Assembly: GCA_043747615.1 (NCBI GenBank)
Contig: JAYTOU010000100.1
Coordinates: 1 to 49,445, forward strand
DNA from: Myxococcales bacterium
GTDB taxonomy: Bacteria > Myxococcota_A > Polyangia > Polyangiales > Polyangiaceae
Direction: 5' to 3'
Length of the DNA stretch: 49,445 nucleotides
Part shown: positions 36,725-46,079 of the stretch, in pieces
Layout: the number at the start of each line of letters is the position of its first letter
How positions within the stretch are numbered: position 1 is the first letter of the stretch
The notes under the pieces: generated by a model
What the model saw: only the letters and a program-made list of their open reading frames with translations
Told to the model about the DNA's origin: nothing
Databases searched by the model: none
Position numbers and translations under genes: made by a program

Positions 36725-37482
36725 GTTGCCCCCGAGGCCTTCGTTACGGTGCGACGCTCGATGCGTTTTTCATAGCCTTCGCCCTTGAAAATGCGGTGAA
36801 CGAAGATCCCCGGAGTGTGGATCTGCGCAGGCGCGAGCTCCCCCACTTCGACGATCTCTTCCACCTCGGCGATGGTGATCTTGGCGGCGGTGGCCATCAT
36901 CGGATTAAAGTTCATCGCCGTGTGTCGGTAGACGAGGTTGCCGAAGCGGTCGCCCTTCCAGGCCTTCACGATCGCAAAATCAGCCTTGAGGGCATGCTCG
37001 AGGACGTGCAGACGCCCGTCGAACTCGCGCGTTTCTTTCTTCGGAGACGCCTTGAGCACTTTGCCGCCTTCGCCGTACTTGAGCGGAAGGCCGCCGTCGC
37101 TCACCGCAGTGCCTGCGCCCGTTGGCGTAAAGAACGCAGGAATTCCGGCGCCGCCTGCGCGGATGCGTTCGGCGAGCGTTCCTTGCGGGCAGAGCTCGAC
37201 CTCGAGGAGACCGGTGAGGTACTGCCTCTCGAACTCTTTGTTCTCGCCGACGTAGCTCGAGATCATTTTTACGATCTGCTTGTTTTTTAGGAGGATCCCG
37301 AGCCCGAAGTCGTCCACCCCGCAGTTGTTGGAGATGACGGTGAGCTCCTTCGTTCCGAGCTCGCGGAGGGCGAGAATGCATTTCTCGGGGATGCCGCAGA
37401 GACCGAAGCCCCCGGCGAGCAAGGTCGCGCCGTTCGGAATGTCAGCGCACGCTTCTCGCGCGCTCTTCATCACCTTTTGCAT
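36721..37482 (-). CDS. scoA: 3-oxoacid CoA-transferase subunit A
   Basis: [49 protein letters not shown]. Confidence 0.93.
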   Translation of the reverse strand: MQKVMKSAREACADIPNGATLLAGGFGLCGIPEKCILALRELGTKELTVISNNCGVDDFGLGILLKNKQIVKMISSYVGENKEFERQYLTGLLEVELCPQGTLAERIRAGGAGIPAFFTPTGAGTAVSDGGLPLKYGEGGKVLKASPKKETREFDGRLHVLEHALKADFAIVKAWKGDRFGNLVYRHTAMNFNPMMATAAKITIAEVEEIVEVGELAPAQIHTPGIFVHRIFKGEGYEKRIERRTVTKASGAT

Positions 37483-37554
37483 GAGGGCACGCTAGCAGGA
37501 CACGACGGGGGCGGTAACCCGGCTCGCGGCTTTTTTGCCCCATCTCGTGCGGAC

Positions 37555-38580
37555 ATGCTTGGTTCGCTCATCGTGCGCGCCATCCTCTTCACATCTACCC
37601 TCGTTGCCCTGCTCACCTCGTCCGCCGGCGCCCAGTCCGGTGCCGCTCCGAAGAGCATGCACGGCGGCGTCGTAGCGAACGCAGGGGCGATGCGCATCGG
37701 ACGGAGCGTGGGCTCGCCCACAGTCGGACACTTGGTGGGTGGCTCGCGGATCGAGGAATCGCCTTACCTGCGGGTCGCGCCGGTTTACGCGCAGAGCGAC
37801 GATCGATGGGGCCTCGGGCCTCTCGTCTCTCTGATCGATCGCTCGGCGAGAGCGGTGCACCGCCAGTTTCCCGACGCGAAGCTCTCCGTCGGAAATCTCT
37901 CGCGGCAGGGCGGAGGCGAGATCGATCGTCACGCGTCGCACGAGAGCGGACGCGACGCCGACATCGGGTTCTACCTGAAAAATCACCTCGGAAAACCGCT
38001 CCTCGCAGATCACTTCGTTCCTTTTCGTGGAGATGGGCTCGCGCCTTCGTGGCCTGGCGCCTCGTTCGACGACGCGCGCAACTGGGCGCTCGTCGCAGCC
38101 TTCGTCACCGATCCGATCGCGAGGGTGAGTCACATCTTCGTCGCGGCGCCTCTTCGTGCGCGCCTCCTCGCCTATGCCGAAAAAATTGGAGCGCCTCTCG
38201 CCTTGCGATCGCACGCCGCAGAGCTCCTCATGCAGCCGCGCGGCTCCCTTGCCCACGACGATCACTTTCACGTTCGCGTCTCGTGCCCATCCGGCATGAC
38301 GGAGTGCATCGAGAATCCGACCGCCAAGCGCAGCATTGCTTTCGGCAAGACGGGCGTTTCGCACGGCAGAAACAGGGGAATCGTGGGCCTCGCCGAGGCC
38401 AAGGTCGTCAAGGCTCCTCCTGTCACCGGCCCCAAACACGAGAGCGCTGCCCCCACGCCTTCGCCCGCGTCTCCTCAGGAGTCGGCTCCCACCGAGGCAC
38501 CGTCCGACAACCAGGACGCAGCCACCCCGCCGCCGGCAATGATGAACGCACCCGTCGACGACGCAGACGGTGATCTTTAG
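37555..38580 (+). CDS. Penicillin-insensitive murein endopeptidase (MepA-like)
   Basis: Signal peptide; HASHESGRDAD and HDDHFHVR zinc-ligand motifs; low-complexity tail. Start is approximate. Confidence 0.88.
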   Translation: MLGSLIVRAILFTSTLVALLTSSAGAQSGAAPKSMHGGVVANAGAMRIGRSVGSPTVGHLVGGSRIEESPYLRVAPVYAQSDDRWGLGPLVSLIDRSARAVHRQFPDAKLSVGNLSRQGGGEIDRHASHESGRDADIGFYLKNHLGKPLLADHFVPFRGDGLAPSWPGASFDDARNWALVAAFVTDPIARVSHIFVAAPLRARLLAYAEKIGAPLALRSHAAELLMQPRGSLAHDDHFHVRVSCPSGMTECIENPTAKRSIAFGKTGVSHGRNRGIVGLAEAKVVKAPPVTGPKHESAAPTPSPASPQESAPTEAPSDNQDAATPPPAMMNAPVDDADGDL

Positions 38581-38597
38581 GGTACTCTCCTCTTGGT

Positions 38598-41375
38598 ATG
38601 AGCGAGAGGACGGACAAGACCAGTTTTGCTCCCGGCTTCGGGGTGGGCGAACGGCGCGCGATGCTCGTCGGGCGTACCTCCGAGATGCGCGAGCTCGACG
38701 ACGCTTTTCAGTTCGTTCGCACCAAGGGTAAATCGCGGATCGTCACCATCCTCGGCGCACCGGGAATCGGAAAGACCCGTCTGTCTCGCGATTTTTTGCT
38801 CCGCCTTCGCTCGCAAGGAAACGCGCAAGCGAGCGGTCCAGACCGGTCCCCCCGTGTGTTTCGTGGCTCGGCCGTCGACCAAGGCGCAGCCTACGGAATT
38901 TTCGCGCGCATCCTTCGAGCGCGTTTCGGGATCGTCGAAGGGATGGATCCCGAGGCTGCAAAAGCGCAAGTGCGCGCGCAGGTCACGAGCGTCCTCGAGG
39001 ACCGGAAGGTCGGCGACGTCGTCTACTACCTCGGGCATCTCCTCGAGCTCAGCTTCCAGGACTCACCGCTCATCAAGGCGGTGGAGGGGGATCCGAAGCA
39101 AGTGCGCCTTCTGCGTCGGGCGATCATCAAGCGCTTCTTCGAAGCCGATGCCGGCGCGTCTGCGGCGGGCCCCTTGTCGCGAGCTCGCGAGCCGATCGTC
39201 CTGGTGTTCGACGATCTGCATTTTGCGCACGAGGACTCGCTCGATTTGCTCGCTTACCTCCTCGAAAATTTCGATGCGCCGATCCTCACGATCTGTCTGG
39301 CGCGTCCGGAGCTGCTCGCGCGCCACGAGCACTGGCTCCGCCACGGCGGCGTTCAGCACAAGCTCATCGAGCTCTCACCGTTGTCGGAGACCGACGCCTC
39401 GCGCGCGATGCAGGATCTCCTGGCGCCGTGCGGAGAGAACCCGGACGCCGAGGAGCTGGTCGAGGCGGCCTGCACGCTCGCGGGGGGAAACCCGGCGCTT
39501 CTCGAGCAGATGGTTCGCATCTTTCTCGACATGGGCGTGCTCGAGGTCGAGGACGAGCTCGCCGAAGAAGAGCGGTGGCGCGTTCACATCGACAAGCTGG
39601 AGGGAGTCAGTCTTCCGCTCACCATCGAGGACGCGGTGCAGGCGCGCATTGCTGCACTCTCGCCGCCCGAGCGCGATCTACTGGAGTGCGCGGCGACGAT
39701 GGGCGGCGTGTTCTGGCTCGGCGGTCTGCTCGCGATACACCGCCTGCACGAGCCGCCTCCGGCGCTTTGGTCTGCGGGCGAAAATGACGATGTCAGTCGC
39801 ATCCGTGCCATCTTGAAGGAGCTGACCGAGCGCGACTACATTCTCCGCTTGCCGGACAGCACGTTCGGCGGCGACGAGGAGTACGTCTTCAAGCACAACC
39901 TAGAGCGCGAAACCCTCATGAGCCTGAAGCCGCCGATCACGGCGCGGCGCCATCACACCGCGATCGCCGACTGGCTCTCCTTCAAAGATCACGTCCGCCT
40001 TCACGAGGAGTACCTGGGAATGCTCGCCCGCCATCGAGAGCAAGCGGGCGCCAAGCACGCCGCGGCGACCGCATTTCTCGAGGCCGCCGATGTGGCTCGC
40101 TCGCGTTACGCAAACGCGCGCGCCGTCGAGTACTACGCGAAGGGGCTCGCGCTTCTGTCGGAGAGAGCGGCGGTCGTCGGCGACGGAGACAAGATCTTCG
40201 ATCTTCCGGAGTCCGATTCCGATCAACGGCTGGAAGCGCTCCATCACTACGGCGACGTCCTTCAGTCGCTTGGCCGCACCGAAGAAGCGCTCACGGCATT
40301 TCGCGAGATGCTCCTTCGCGCGTTTCGCTTCGATCAACGGGCGCGCGGAGGAGCGGCGCACAGCCGCATCGGTCGTCTGTACCGCGAGACCGGTCGCCTC
40401 GAGGAGGCCTCGCGTCATCTCACGGCGGCGCTCGCGCTCTTCGAAGAGTCGGGCGACGAGCGCGGGATCGCGAGCACCGTCGACGACATCGGCAAGCTCT
40501 TCTGGCTGCGCGGCGACTACGCGAGCGCGCTCGAGTCCACCAAGCGTGCGCTCGCCATGCGCCGCAAGATCGGCGACCGGCGCTCGATCGCCCTCAGCCT
40601 CAACAACCTCGGCCTCGTCTATCAAGACTCGGGGCAGTACCGGCAGGCCCTCGAGGCGTTCGAGCAAGCTCTGCAGATCCGCCGTGAAATCGGGGATCTC
40701 GTGGGCGTAACCATTTCCCTGAACAACCTCGGCACCGTCGCCCAGGACCAACGCGACGACACGCGGGCGCTGGCTCTCTTTCAAGAGGCGCACGAAGTAG
40801 CCAAAGAAACAGGCGATCGCAACCGCATCGCGCTCGTGCTCACCAACCTCGGCGAGACGCTCAATCGCCTCGGCGAAGTCGAGCAAGCGATCTTCTATTT
40901 GAAGCAAGCCGAGGAGCTCGCCGACGAGCTCGGGGACAAGATGGGCCTCGCCGAAGCGGTGCGCGGTCTCGGAAAGGCGTACCTCGCCCAGAAGGACTAC
41001 ACGAAGGCCCGGGTCTGCACCGCGCGCGCCGTGGAGATCTTCACCGAGATCCAGAGCAAGGTGCAGGTCGGCGTGGCGCTGCGCTCCCTCGGTGAAGTGA
41101 CCGCCGCAGGCAGCGCAGGAGGGGAAGGACTTCGCTCCGCTCGAGGATATTTATTGAAGGCCATCGCCATCTTCGAAGAGATCGGCAACGACGTAGAGCT
41201 TGCGCGAAGCTGCCGAGCTTTTGCCGAGATGCTCCGCGGGAACGCGGATTTTCAGCCGGATCCCGCGCTCACCCAGGAAGCAGAAAAGTACGGCAAGCGC
41301 GCCGACGACATCTTCGCGAAGCTGAAGATTAGCTCCTTCGGCTTCGAGCCCGATGCCTTCTTCGTCGGGCCGTAG
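38598..41375 (+). CDS. STAND-type AAA ATPase with C-terminal TPR array
   Basis: LVGRxxE, Walker A GAPGIGKT, Walker B VFDDLH, GGNP, VQARI, YVFKH; TPRs with SLNNLG. Confidence 0.92.
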   Translation: MSERTDKTSFAPGFGVGERRAMLVGRTSEMRELDDAFQFVRTKGKSRIVTILGAPGIGKTRLSRDFLLRLRSQGNAQASGPDRSPRVFRGSAVDQGAAYGIFARILRARFGIVEGMDPEAAKAQVRAQVTSVLEDRKVGDVVYYLGHLLELSFQDSPLIKAVEGDPKQVRLLRRAIIKRFFEADAGASAAGPLSRAREPIVLVFDDLHFAHEDSLDLLAYLLENFDAPILTICLARPELLARHEHWLRHGGVQHKLIELSPLSETDASRAMQDLLAPCGENPDAEELVEAACTLAGGNPALLEQMVRIFLDMGVLEVEDELAEEERWRVHIDKLEGVSLPLTIEDAVQARIAALSPPERDLLECAATMGGVFWLGGLLAIHRLHEPPPALWSAGENDDVSRIRAILKELTERDYILRLPDSTFGGDEEYVFKHNLERETLMSLKPPITARRHHTAIADWLSFKDHVRLHEEYLGMLARHREQAGAKHAAATAFLEAADVARSRYANARAVEYYAKGLALLSERAAVVGDGDKIFDLPESDSDQRLEALHHYGDVLQSLGRTEEALTAFREMLLRAFRFDQRARGGAAHSRIGRLYRETGRLEEASRHLTAALALFEESGDERGIASTVDDIGKLFWLRGDYASALESTKRALAMRRKIGDRRSIALSLNNLGLVYQDSGQYRQALEAFEQALQIRREIGDLVGVTISLNNLGTVAQDQRDDTRALALFQEAHEVAKETGDRNRIALVLTNLGETLNRLGEVEQAIFYLKQAEELADELGDKMGLAEAVRGLGKAYLAQKDYTKARVCTARAVEIFTEIQSKVQVGVALRSLGEVTAAGSAGGEGLRSARGYLLKAIAIFEEIGNDVELARSCRAFAEMLRGNADFQPDPALTQEAEKYGKRADDIFAKLKISSFGFEPDAFFVGP

Positions 41376-41376
41376 G

Positions 41377-41481
41377 CACGTCATTCGTGGCGGCGGGCCG
41401 TGTCGTCTCGTGGCCGCCTGGCACCTCGCGAAGCGGGGAGTGAAACCCGTCGTCCTCGAAGGGCAGCCGCTCCTCGGCGGG
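41377..41481 (+). pseudogene. Remnant of the N-terminal Rossmann motif of an FAD-dependent oxidoreductase
   Basis: HVIRGGGPCRLVAAWHLAKRGVKPVVLEGQPLLGG resembles a degenerate hhIGGGxxGLxAAxxLxxxGxxxxVLExxxxxGG motif, with no continuation. Confidence 0.55.
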
Positions 41482-41634
41482 TCGCTTCCGCTTGTCATCG
41501 TCGTTGGCATCGCGGCCGAATTTATACCTTGGCGCGCCCTTGCGGAGAGCTCATTCCATTATTAGAGATAAGGTTTCCGTTTTAGCAGAACATCTCACCC
41601 GGCGTTCCCGTCACATCCACCAGGAGCTGAAATC

Positions 41635-42273
41635 ATGTCCATTCGCTTGGGGAGCCTCGCTCCCGATTTCACACAAGAGTCGACGGAAGGTCCCCTACAT
41701 TTCCACGAGTGGATCGCCGGAAAATGGGCGGTGCTCTTTTCGCACCCGAAAGACTTCACCCCCGTCTGCACGACGGAGCTGGGGATGGTCGCCAAGCTCA
41801 AGCCGGAGTTCGACAAGCGCAACGTGAAGGTCGTCGCGGTCAGCGTGGACGACGTCAAATCGCACGCGGGCTGGGTCTCCGACATCAACGAGACGCAGGG
41901 CACCACGGTGAATTTTCCGATCCTCGCCGACGCCGACAAGAAGGTCGCAAACCTCTACGACATGATTCATCCCGAGGCGAACGACACGCTCACCGTGCGC
42001 TCCGTCTTCATCATCGATCCGAACAAGAAGGTGCGCGCGACCATCACCTACCCAGCGAGCACCGGCCGTCACTTCGACGAGATCTTGCGGGTGATTGATT
42101 CTCTGCAGCTCACCGATTCGCACTCGGTCGCCACTCCGGCCAACTGGAAAGACGGAGGCGACGTGGTCATCGTTCCGTCGATTCAGGATCCGGAGGTCCT
42201 CAAACAGAAGTTCCCGAAGGGCTTCAAGGCGATCAAGCCCTACCTCCGCATGACCCCTCAGCCGAACAAGTAG
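41635..42273 (+). CDS. 1-Cys peroxiredoxin (Prx6 family)
   Basis: FSHPKDFTPVCTTE, YPASTGR, VATPANW; AGGAG RBS. Confidence 0.95.
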   Translation: MSIRLGSLAPDFTQESTEGPLHFHEWIAGKWAVLFSHPKDFTPVCTTELGMVAKLKPEFDKRNVKVVAVSVDDVKSHAGWVSDINETQGTTVNFPILADADKKVANLYDMIHPEANDTLTVRSVFIIDPNKKVRATITYPASTGRHFDEILRVIDSLQLTDSHSVATPANWKDGGDVVIVPSIQDPEVLKQKFPKGFKAIKPYLRMTPQPNK

Positions 42274-43331
42274 CTAAGGTTTTTCCGGACGGGGAGGCGG
42301 TTGCTTCCCCGTCATGGCGGACCTTCGCAGCACGTAGACGATCGGTCCGACGGCGACGATGATCGCGCCGAGCGTGAGCGCATTGATCGCGCCCGCTTCT
42401 TCGCGGCTCCCCCGCACGAGCGCCGCCAGCAAGAGCGCCATCGGAGGAATGCCGAGCAGCACGGAGCCCACCAGACCGCCCGGGACGCGGAACGGTCGAC
42501 CGAGCTCCGGCTCGCGCACGCGCAGGGCGACGAGCGTCGCGAACTCGAGAAGAAGGCTCAATCCGTAGAGGAGGACGTCGATCTCGACGAGGCGCGCAAA
42601 GCCGAGGCCGAGGCACGCGGTGTACGCGATGCAGCACACGACCACAGCGTAGATGGGCGCGCCGCTCTTCGGGTCACGATGTCCGATGAACGCGGGCAAG
42701 AAGCCATCGTCGGCGAGGGCGGCAGGCAAGCGTGAGTACGACAGGACGAGCGCGTTGAACATGCCGATCCCGCAGACTGCTCCTCCGATCGTAATGGCCG
42801 TCGCCAGCCACGGTCCGCCGAGTGTCTCGCCAACGTTCACCCACGCGCCGGTCGTCCAGCCGCTCGGATCGATTCCCGTTCGCGCGAGCGCCGCCACGGG
42901 AACGACGTACGTGAGCGTTACCAGCAAGACCGCGCAGATCATCGCCAGCGGGTAGGTGCGCTGCGGCCGCTCGACCTCTCCCGCGATGGTGGAGGCATTG
43001 TCCCAGCCCATGTAGTTCCACATGGCCACCATGATCCCCGCAAAAATTCCGCCTCCTTGCGCGATCGCGGGCGCGACCGGCGTCACCGCGCTGGGGGGCC
43101 GAGGGCTCGACGCGCCCAGGCGTAATAGCCGCCTTCGTCAGGCAGAGCGCTCGCCAGCTCCCCCACCATGAGCGCGGTGGGGAGACTCCACAGGAGTGGC
43201 GTGACGAGCAATACGAGGATCGCGCGAGAGTAACCCGCGACAGCGACGAGCTCCTCGAGCCCGTAAGGCCCGCCGGAGACCATGAAGTACGTTGCCGCGA
43301 CGAGCGGCAGCAGCGTGAGCTTCTTCTTCAA
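42274..43331 (-). pseudogene. APC-family amino acid/polyamine permease split by an apparent internal deletion and frameshift
   Basis: 5' part (TTG 43331 with GGAGG; VSGGPYGLEE...EGGYYAWARRALGP) stops at 43083; 3' part (WNYMGWDNASTIAGEV...) lies in another frame; the intervening TM helices are absent. Confidence 0.75.
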
Positions 43332-43422
43332 TTCCCTCCCAGGAGCGCGTGGGAAAAACGCGACGACGCGAAGACGTAAATATCTCAGCGCGCACGGAAC
43401 GCGACCTCTATTCTCGCCCGCC

Positions 43423-44946
43423 ATGTCCAGCGCCTTCGCCACCCAGAGCCCGGTCGACGCCTCGGAGCTCGCTGTCGTCTCCGCAACTCCCCTCGATGAC
43501 CTGACGGTAATCGTCGAGCGTGCGCGCGAGGCGCAGCGGGCATGGGCGCTACGTTCTGTATTCGAGCGCATCGGAGTGGTGAAGAACCTGCGGGATCGGA
43601 TCCTCGATCGCGCAGCGAGCATCGCTAGTACGGTCCACAAAGAGGTCGGCAAGCCCGAGGTAGAGGTGCTGCTCGGAGAGGTGCTCTCCTCGGCGGACGT
43701 CGTCACGTACTGGTGCGATGCGGTCGAAGAGCTGCTTGATTCGACCCTCGTCGAGCTCGATCGCCTGTCGTTTCCGCGAAAGAGTGGGGTCATTCACAAG
43801 GATCCGCGCGGAGTGGTCGCACTCATCACACCCTGGAATTTCCCCGTTGCGCTTCCCCTTCGAACGCTCCTTCCTGCGCTGCTCGCGGGCAACGCCGTCA
43901 TCTTCAAGCCGAGCGAGATCTCTCCGCGCTCCGGGCAGATCGTCAGCGAGCTCTTCGAAGGGCTGCTTCCGCCGAACGTCCTCACCACCGTGCAAGGCGG
44001 CGGGGATCTCGGCGCGCGCCTGGCCGAAGCCGACGTCGATCTGGTGGTCTTCACCGGCAGCGTCGAGTCGGGGAGAAAAGTCGCTCACGCCTGCGCCGAG
44101 CGCCTCTCGCCGTGCGCCATCGAGCTCGGAGGAAAAGACGCGGCGATCGTCTTGGCGGACGCGAACCTGGATCGCGCGGCCCACGGGGTCGTGTGGGGCG
44201 CGCTCACGAACGCCGGGCAAAATTGCGCGGCGGTCGAGCGCGTCTACGTCGAAAAAAGCGTGGCCGAAGTGTTCACCGCGAAGGTGGTCGAGGCCGTGCG
44301 CGCTCTTCGCACCGGGATCGACGTGGGACCGCTCACCACGCTTCGCCAGCAAGCGATCGTCGTCCGCCATGTCGACGACGCGAAGACCGCTGGCGCGAAG
44401 GTCCTCGCTGGTGGAAGCAAAGGCGAGGGCTCGGCCTTTGAGCCCACCGTTCTGTCCGTCGAGAGCGACGATCTCGTCGTGATGCGCGACGAGACGTTCG
44501 GTCCGGTGATCCCCATCGCGGTAGTCGAGAATGCGGAGGAGGCCGTCCGCCGCGCCAACGCCTCCCGGTACGGGCTCACCGCGAGCCTCTGGACGAAGAA
44601 CATTCGCAAAGGCGAAGAGCTCGCATCCCGCCTGCGCGCCGGCGTGGTCACGATCAACAATCACGCGTTCACCGGTGCTCTACCCGCCGCTCCGTGGAGC
44701 GGTCACGGCGACACCGGCTACGGCATCACCAACTCGCCGCTCGCCCTCGACGTGCTCACGCGCCCGCGTTTCGTCCTCGTCGATCGCAGCCGTGCCAAGC
44801 GCGAATTGTGGTGGTACCCCTACACCGACGGTCTGCGAAACGTCGCCCTCGCCTTCACCGTCCTCCGCAGCGGAACGAGCGGGATCTTCGCGAAGATGCG
44901 TGCAGTATTCACGCTCTTGGGTGGGCTCGCGAAGCGCTGGAGATAG
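43423..44946 (+). CDS. Aldehyde dehydrogenase family protein
   Basis: ITPWNFP, KPSE, FTGS, catalytic ELGGKD and GQNC, ETFGP, YGL. Confidence 0.94.
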   Translation: MSSAFATQSPVDASELAVVSATPLDDLTVIVERAREAQRAWALRSVFERIGVVKNLRDRILDRAASIASTVHKEVGKPEVEVLLGEVLSSADVVTYWCDAVEELLDSTLVELDRLSFPRKSGVIHKDPRGVVALITPWNFPVALPLRTLLPALLAGNAVIFKPSEISPRSGQIVSELFEGLLPPNVLTTVQGGGDLGARLAEADVDLVVFTGSVESGRKVAHACAERLSPCAIELGGKDAAIVLADANLDRAAHGVVWGALTNAGQNCAAVERVYVEKSVAEVFTAKVVEAVRALRTGIDVGPLTTLRQQAIVVRHVDDAKTAGAKVLAGGSKGEGSAFEPTVLSVESDDLVVMRDETFGPVIPIAVVENAEEAVRRANASRYGLTASLWTKNIRKGEELASRLRAGVVTINNHAFTGALPAAPWSGHGDTGYGITNSPLALDVLTRPRFVLVDRSRAKRELWWYPYTDGLRNVALAFTVLRSGTSGIFAKMRAVFTLLGGLAKRWR

Positions 44947-44949
44947 CGC

Positions 44950-45388
44950 TCATGGCGAAGGCTCGCCGTCGGTTTTCGGCAAGACGGTCAAGGTGCGGAT
45001 GCGCCACGCATTGTCCTTCTTCGCGAACTGAAAATGCACCACGCGCTTTTCGAGATGGCTCGCGCCCTCGCGGTCGGTCACGTGGAGGGTCGCGGTGGTC
45101 AGCACCAGCGCCTTCGTCTTGGCGTCGTCGAGGTTGAGGTACACGACCGCGAAGGTCACGCGTGCCGTCCGAAAATAGAAAACCGCATCGGTAGCCGCCT
45201 TGGCCAGCTGGGAGCGGCCGGGCGGCAGAGATGGTAGCTCCGGGATGCTGACGCGGACGTCCTCTTCGAAGATCTCCGCGAGCTCGCCCTTCACGTGCGC
45301 AAGATGGCTGATCAGGTTGGGCGCTTCGCCGCTGATCTCGATGGCCGCAGCGAGGCGCAAGAGCCATGAAGAGCGCCCGCCGTCTCAT
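44950..45388 (-). pseudogene. Hypothetical exported protein, apparently frameshifted near its N-terminus
   Basis: ATG 45388, just after apt, gives signal-like MRRRALFMALA, but the protein-like body (RLAAAIEISGE...KKDNAWRI) is in a different frame that has only a TTG at 45360. Confidence 0.5.
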
Positions 45389-45393
45389 TCGCG

Positions 45394-46077
45394 TTAGTAC
45401 CGAATCGCGCTCTCGACCTTCACGGGCAGGAGGCGTTCGCGGCCGCCGAGGAAGGTGAGCTCGACGACGAACGCGAAGGCCACGACGTAGCCGCCTTGCT
45501 TGCGAACGAGCTCTGCTGCGGCTCTTGCCGTGCCGCCCGTGGCCAGGAGATCGTCGACCACGATGACCCGCGATTCTTCTTCGAGCGATTGCTTGTGCAT
45601 CTCGAGCGTGCCCACGCTGTACTCGGTCTCGTACGCGACCGAGTCCGTCTCGCCGGGAAGCTTCCCTGGCTTTCGTGCCGGCACGAAGCTGGCGTTCAGC
45701 CGCGCCGCGAGCGCGCCACCGAAGATGAATCCGCGGGCTTCGATCCCGACGACCGCGTCGATGTGCTCTCCGATGAACCGTTCGGCGAGGGAGTCGAGGA
45801 CGATGTGAAATGCGCGTGGGCTCGCCAGGAGCGGGGTGATGTCCTTGAAGAGAATTCCCGGCTTCGGAAAATCGGGGATGTTTCGGATCTTCGATGCGGC
45901 GAAGGAGAGCGAATCGCGGGGCACGAGATCGGCGCGAAGCGGCGAAGGAGGAGCCTCGGCACTCCGCCCTTGCACTCCGTCGCTGGGTCGGCTTGCGCTT
46001 GGTGAATGGCTTTTCCTAGCCGCGGGCTGCGAGCTTTTTGGCTTGGTTTTCGGATCGATTTCTCGCTTGGCGACCAT
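45394..46077 (-). CDS. apt: Adenine phosphoribosyltransferase with N-terminal extension
   Basis: IPDFPKPGILFKDITPLL, IEARGF, RKPGKLP, VDDLLATGGT. Confidence 0.95.
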   Translation of the reverse strand: MVAKREIDPKTKPKSSQPAARKSHSPSASRPSDGVQGRSAEAPPSPLRADLVPRDSLSFAASKIRNIPDFPKPGILFKDITPLLASPRAFHIVLDSLAERFIGEHIDAVVGIEARGFIFGGALAARLNASFVPARKPGKLPGETDSVAYETEYSVGTLEMHKQSLEEESRVIVVDDLLATGGTARAAAELVRKQGGYVVAFAFVVELTFLGGRERLLPVKVESAIRY

Positions 46078-46079
46078 CG

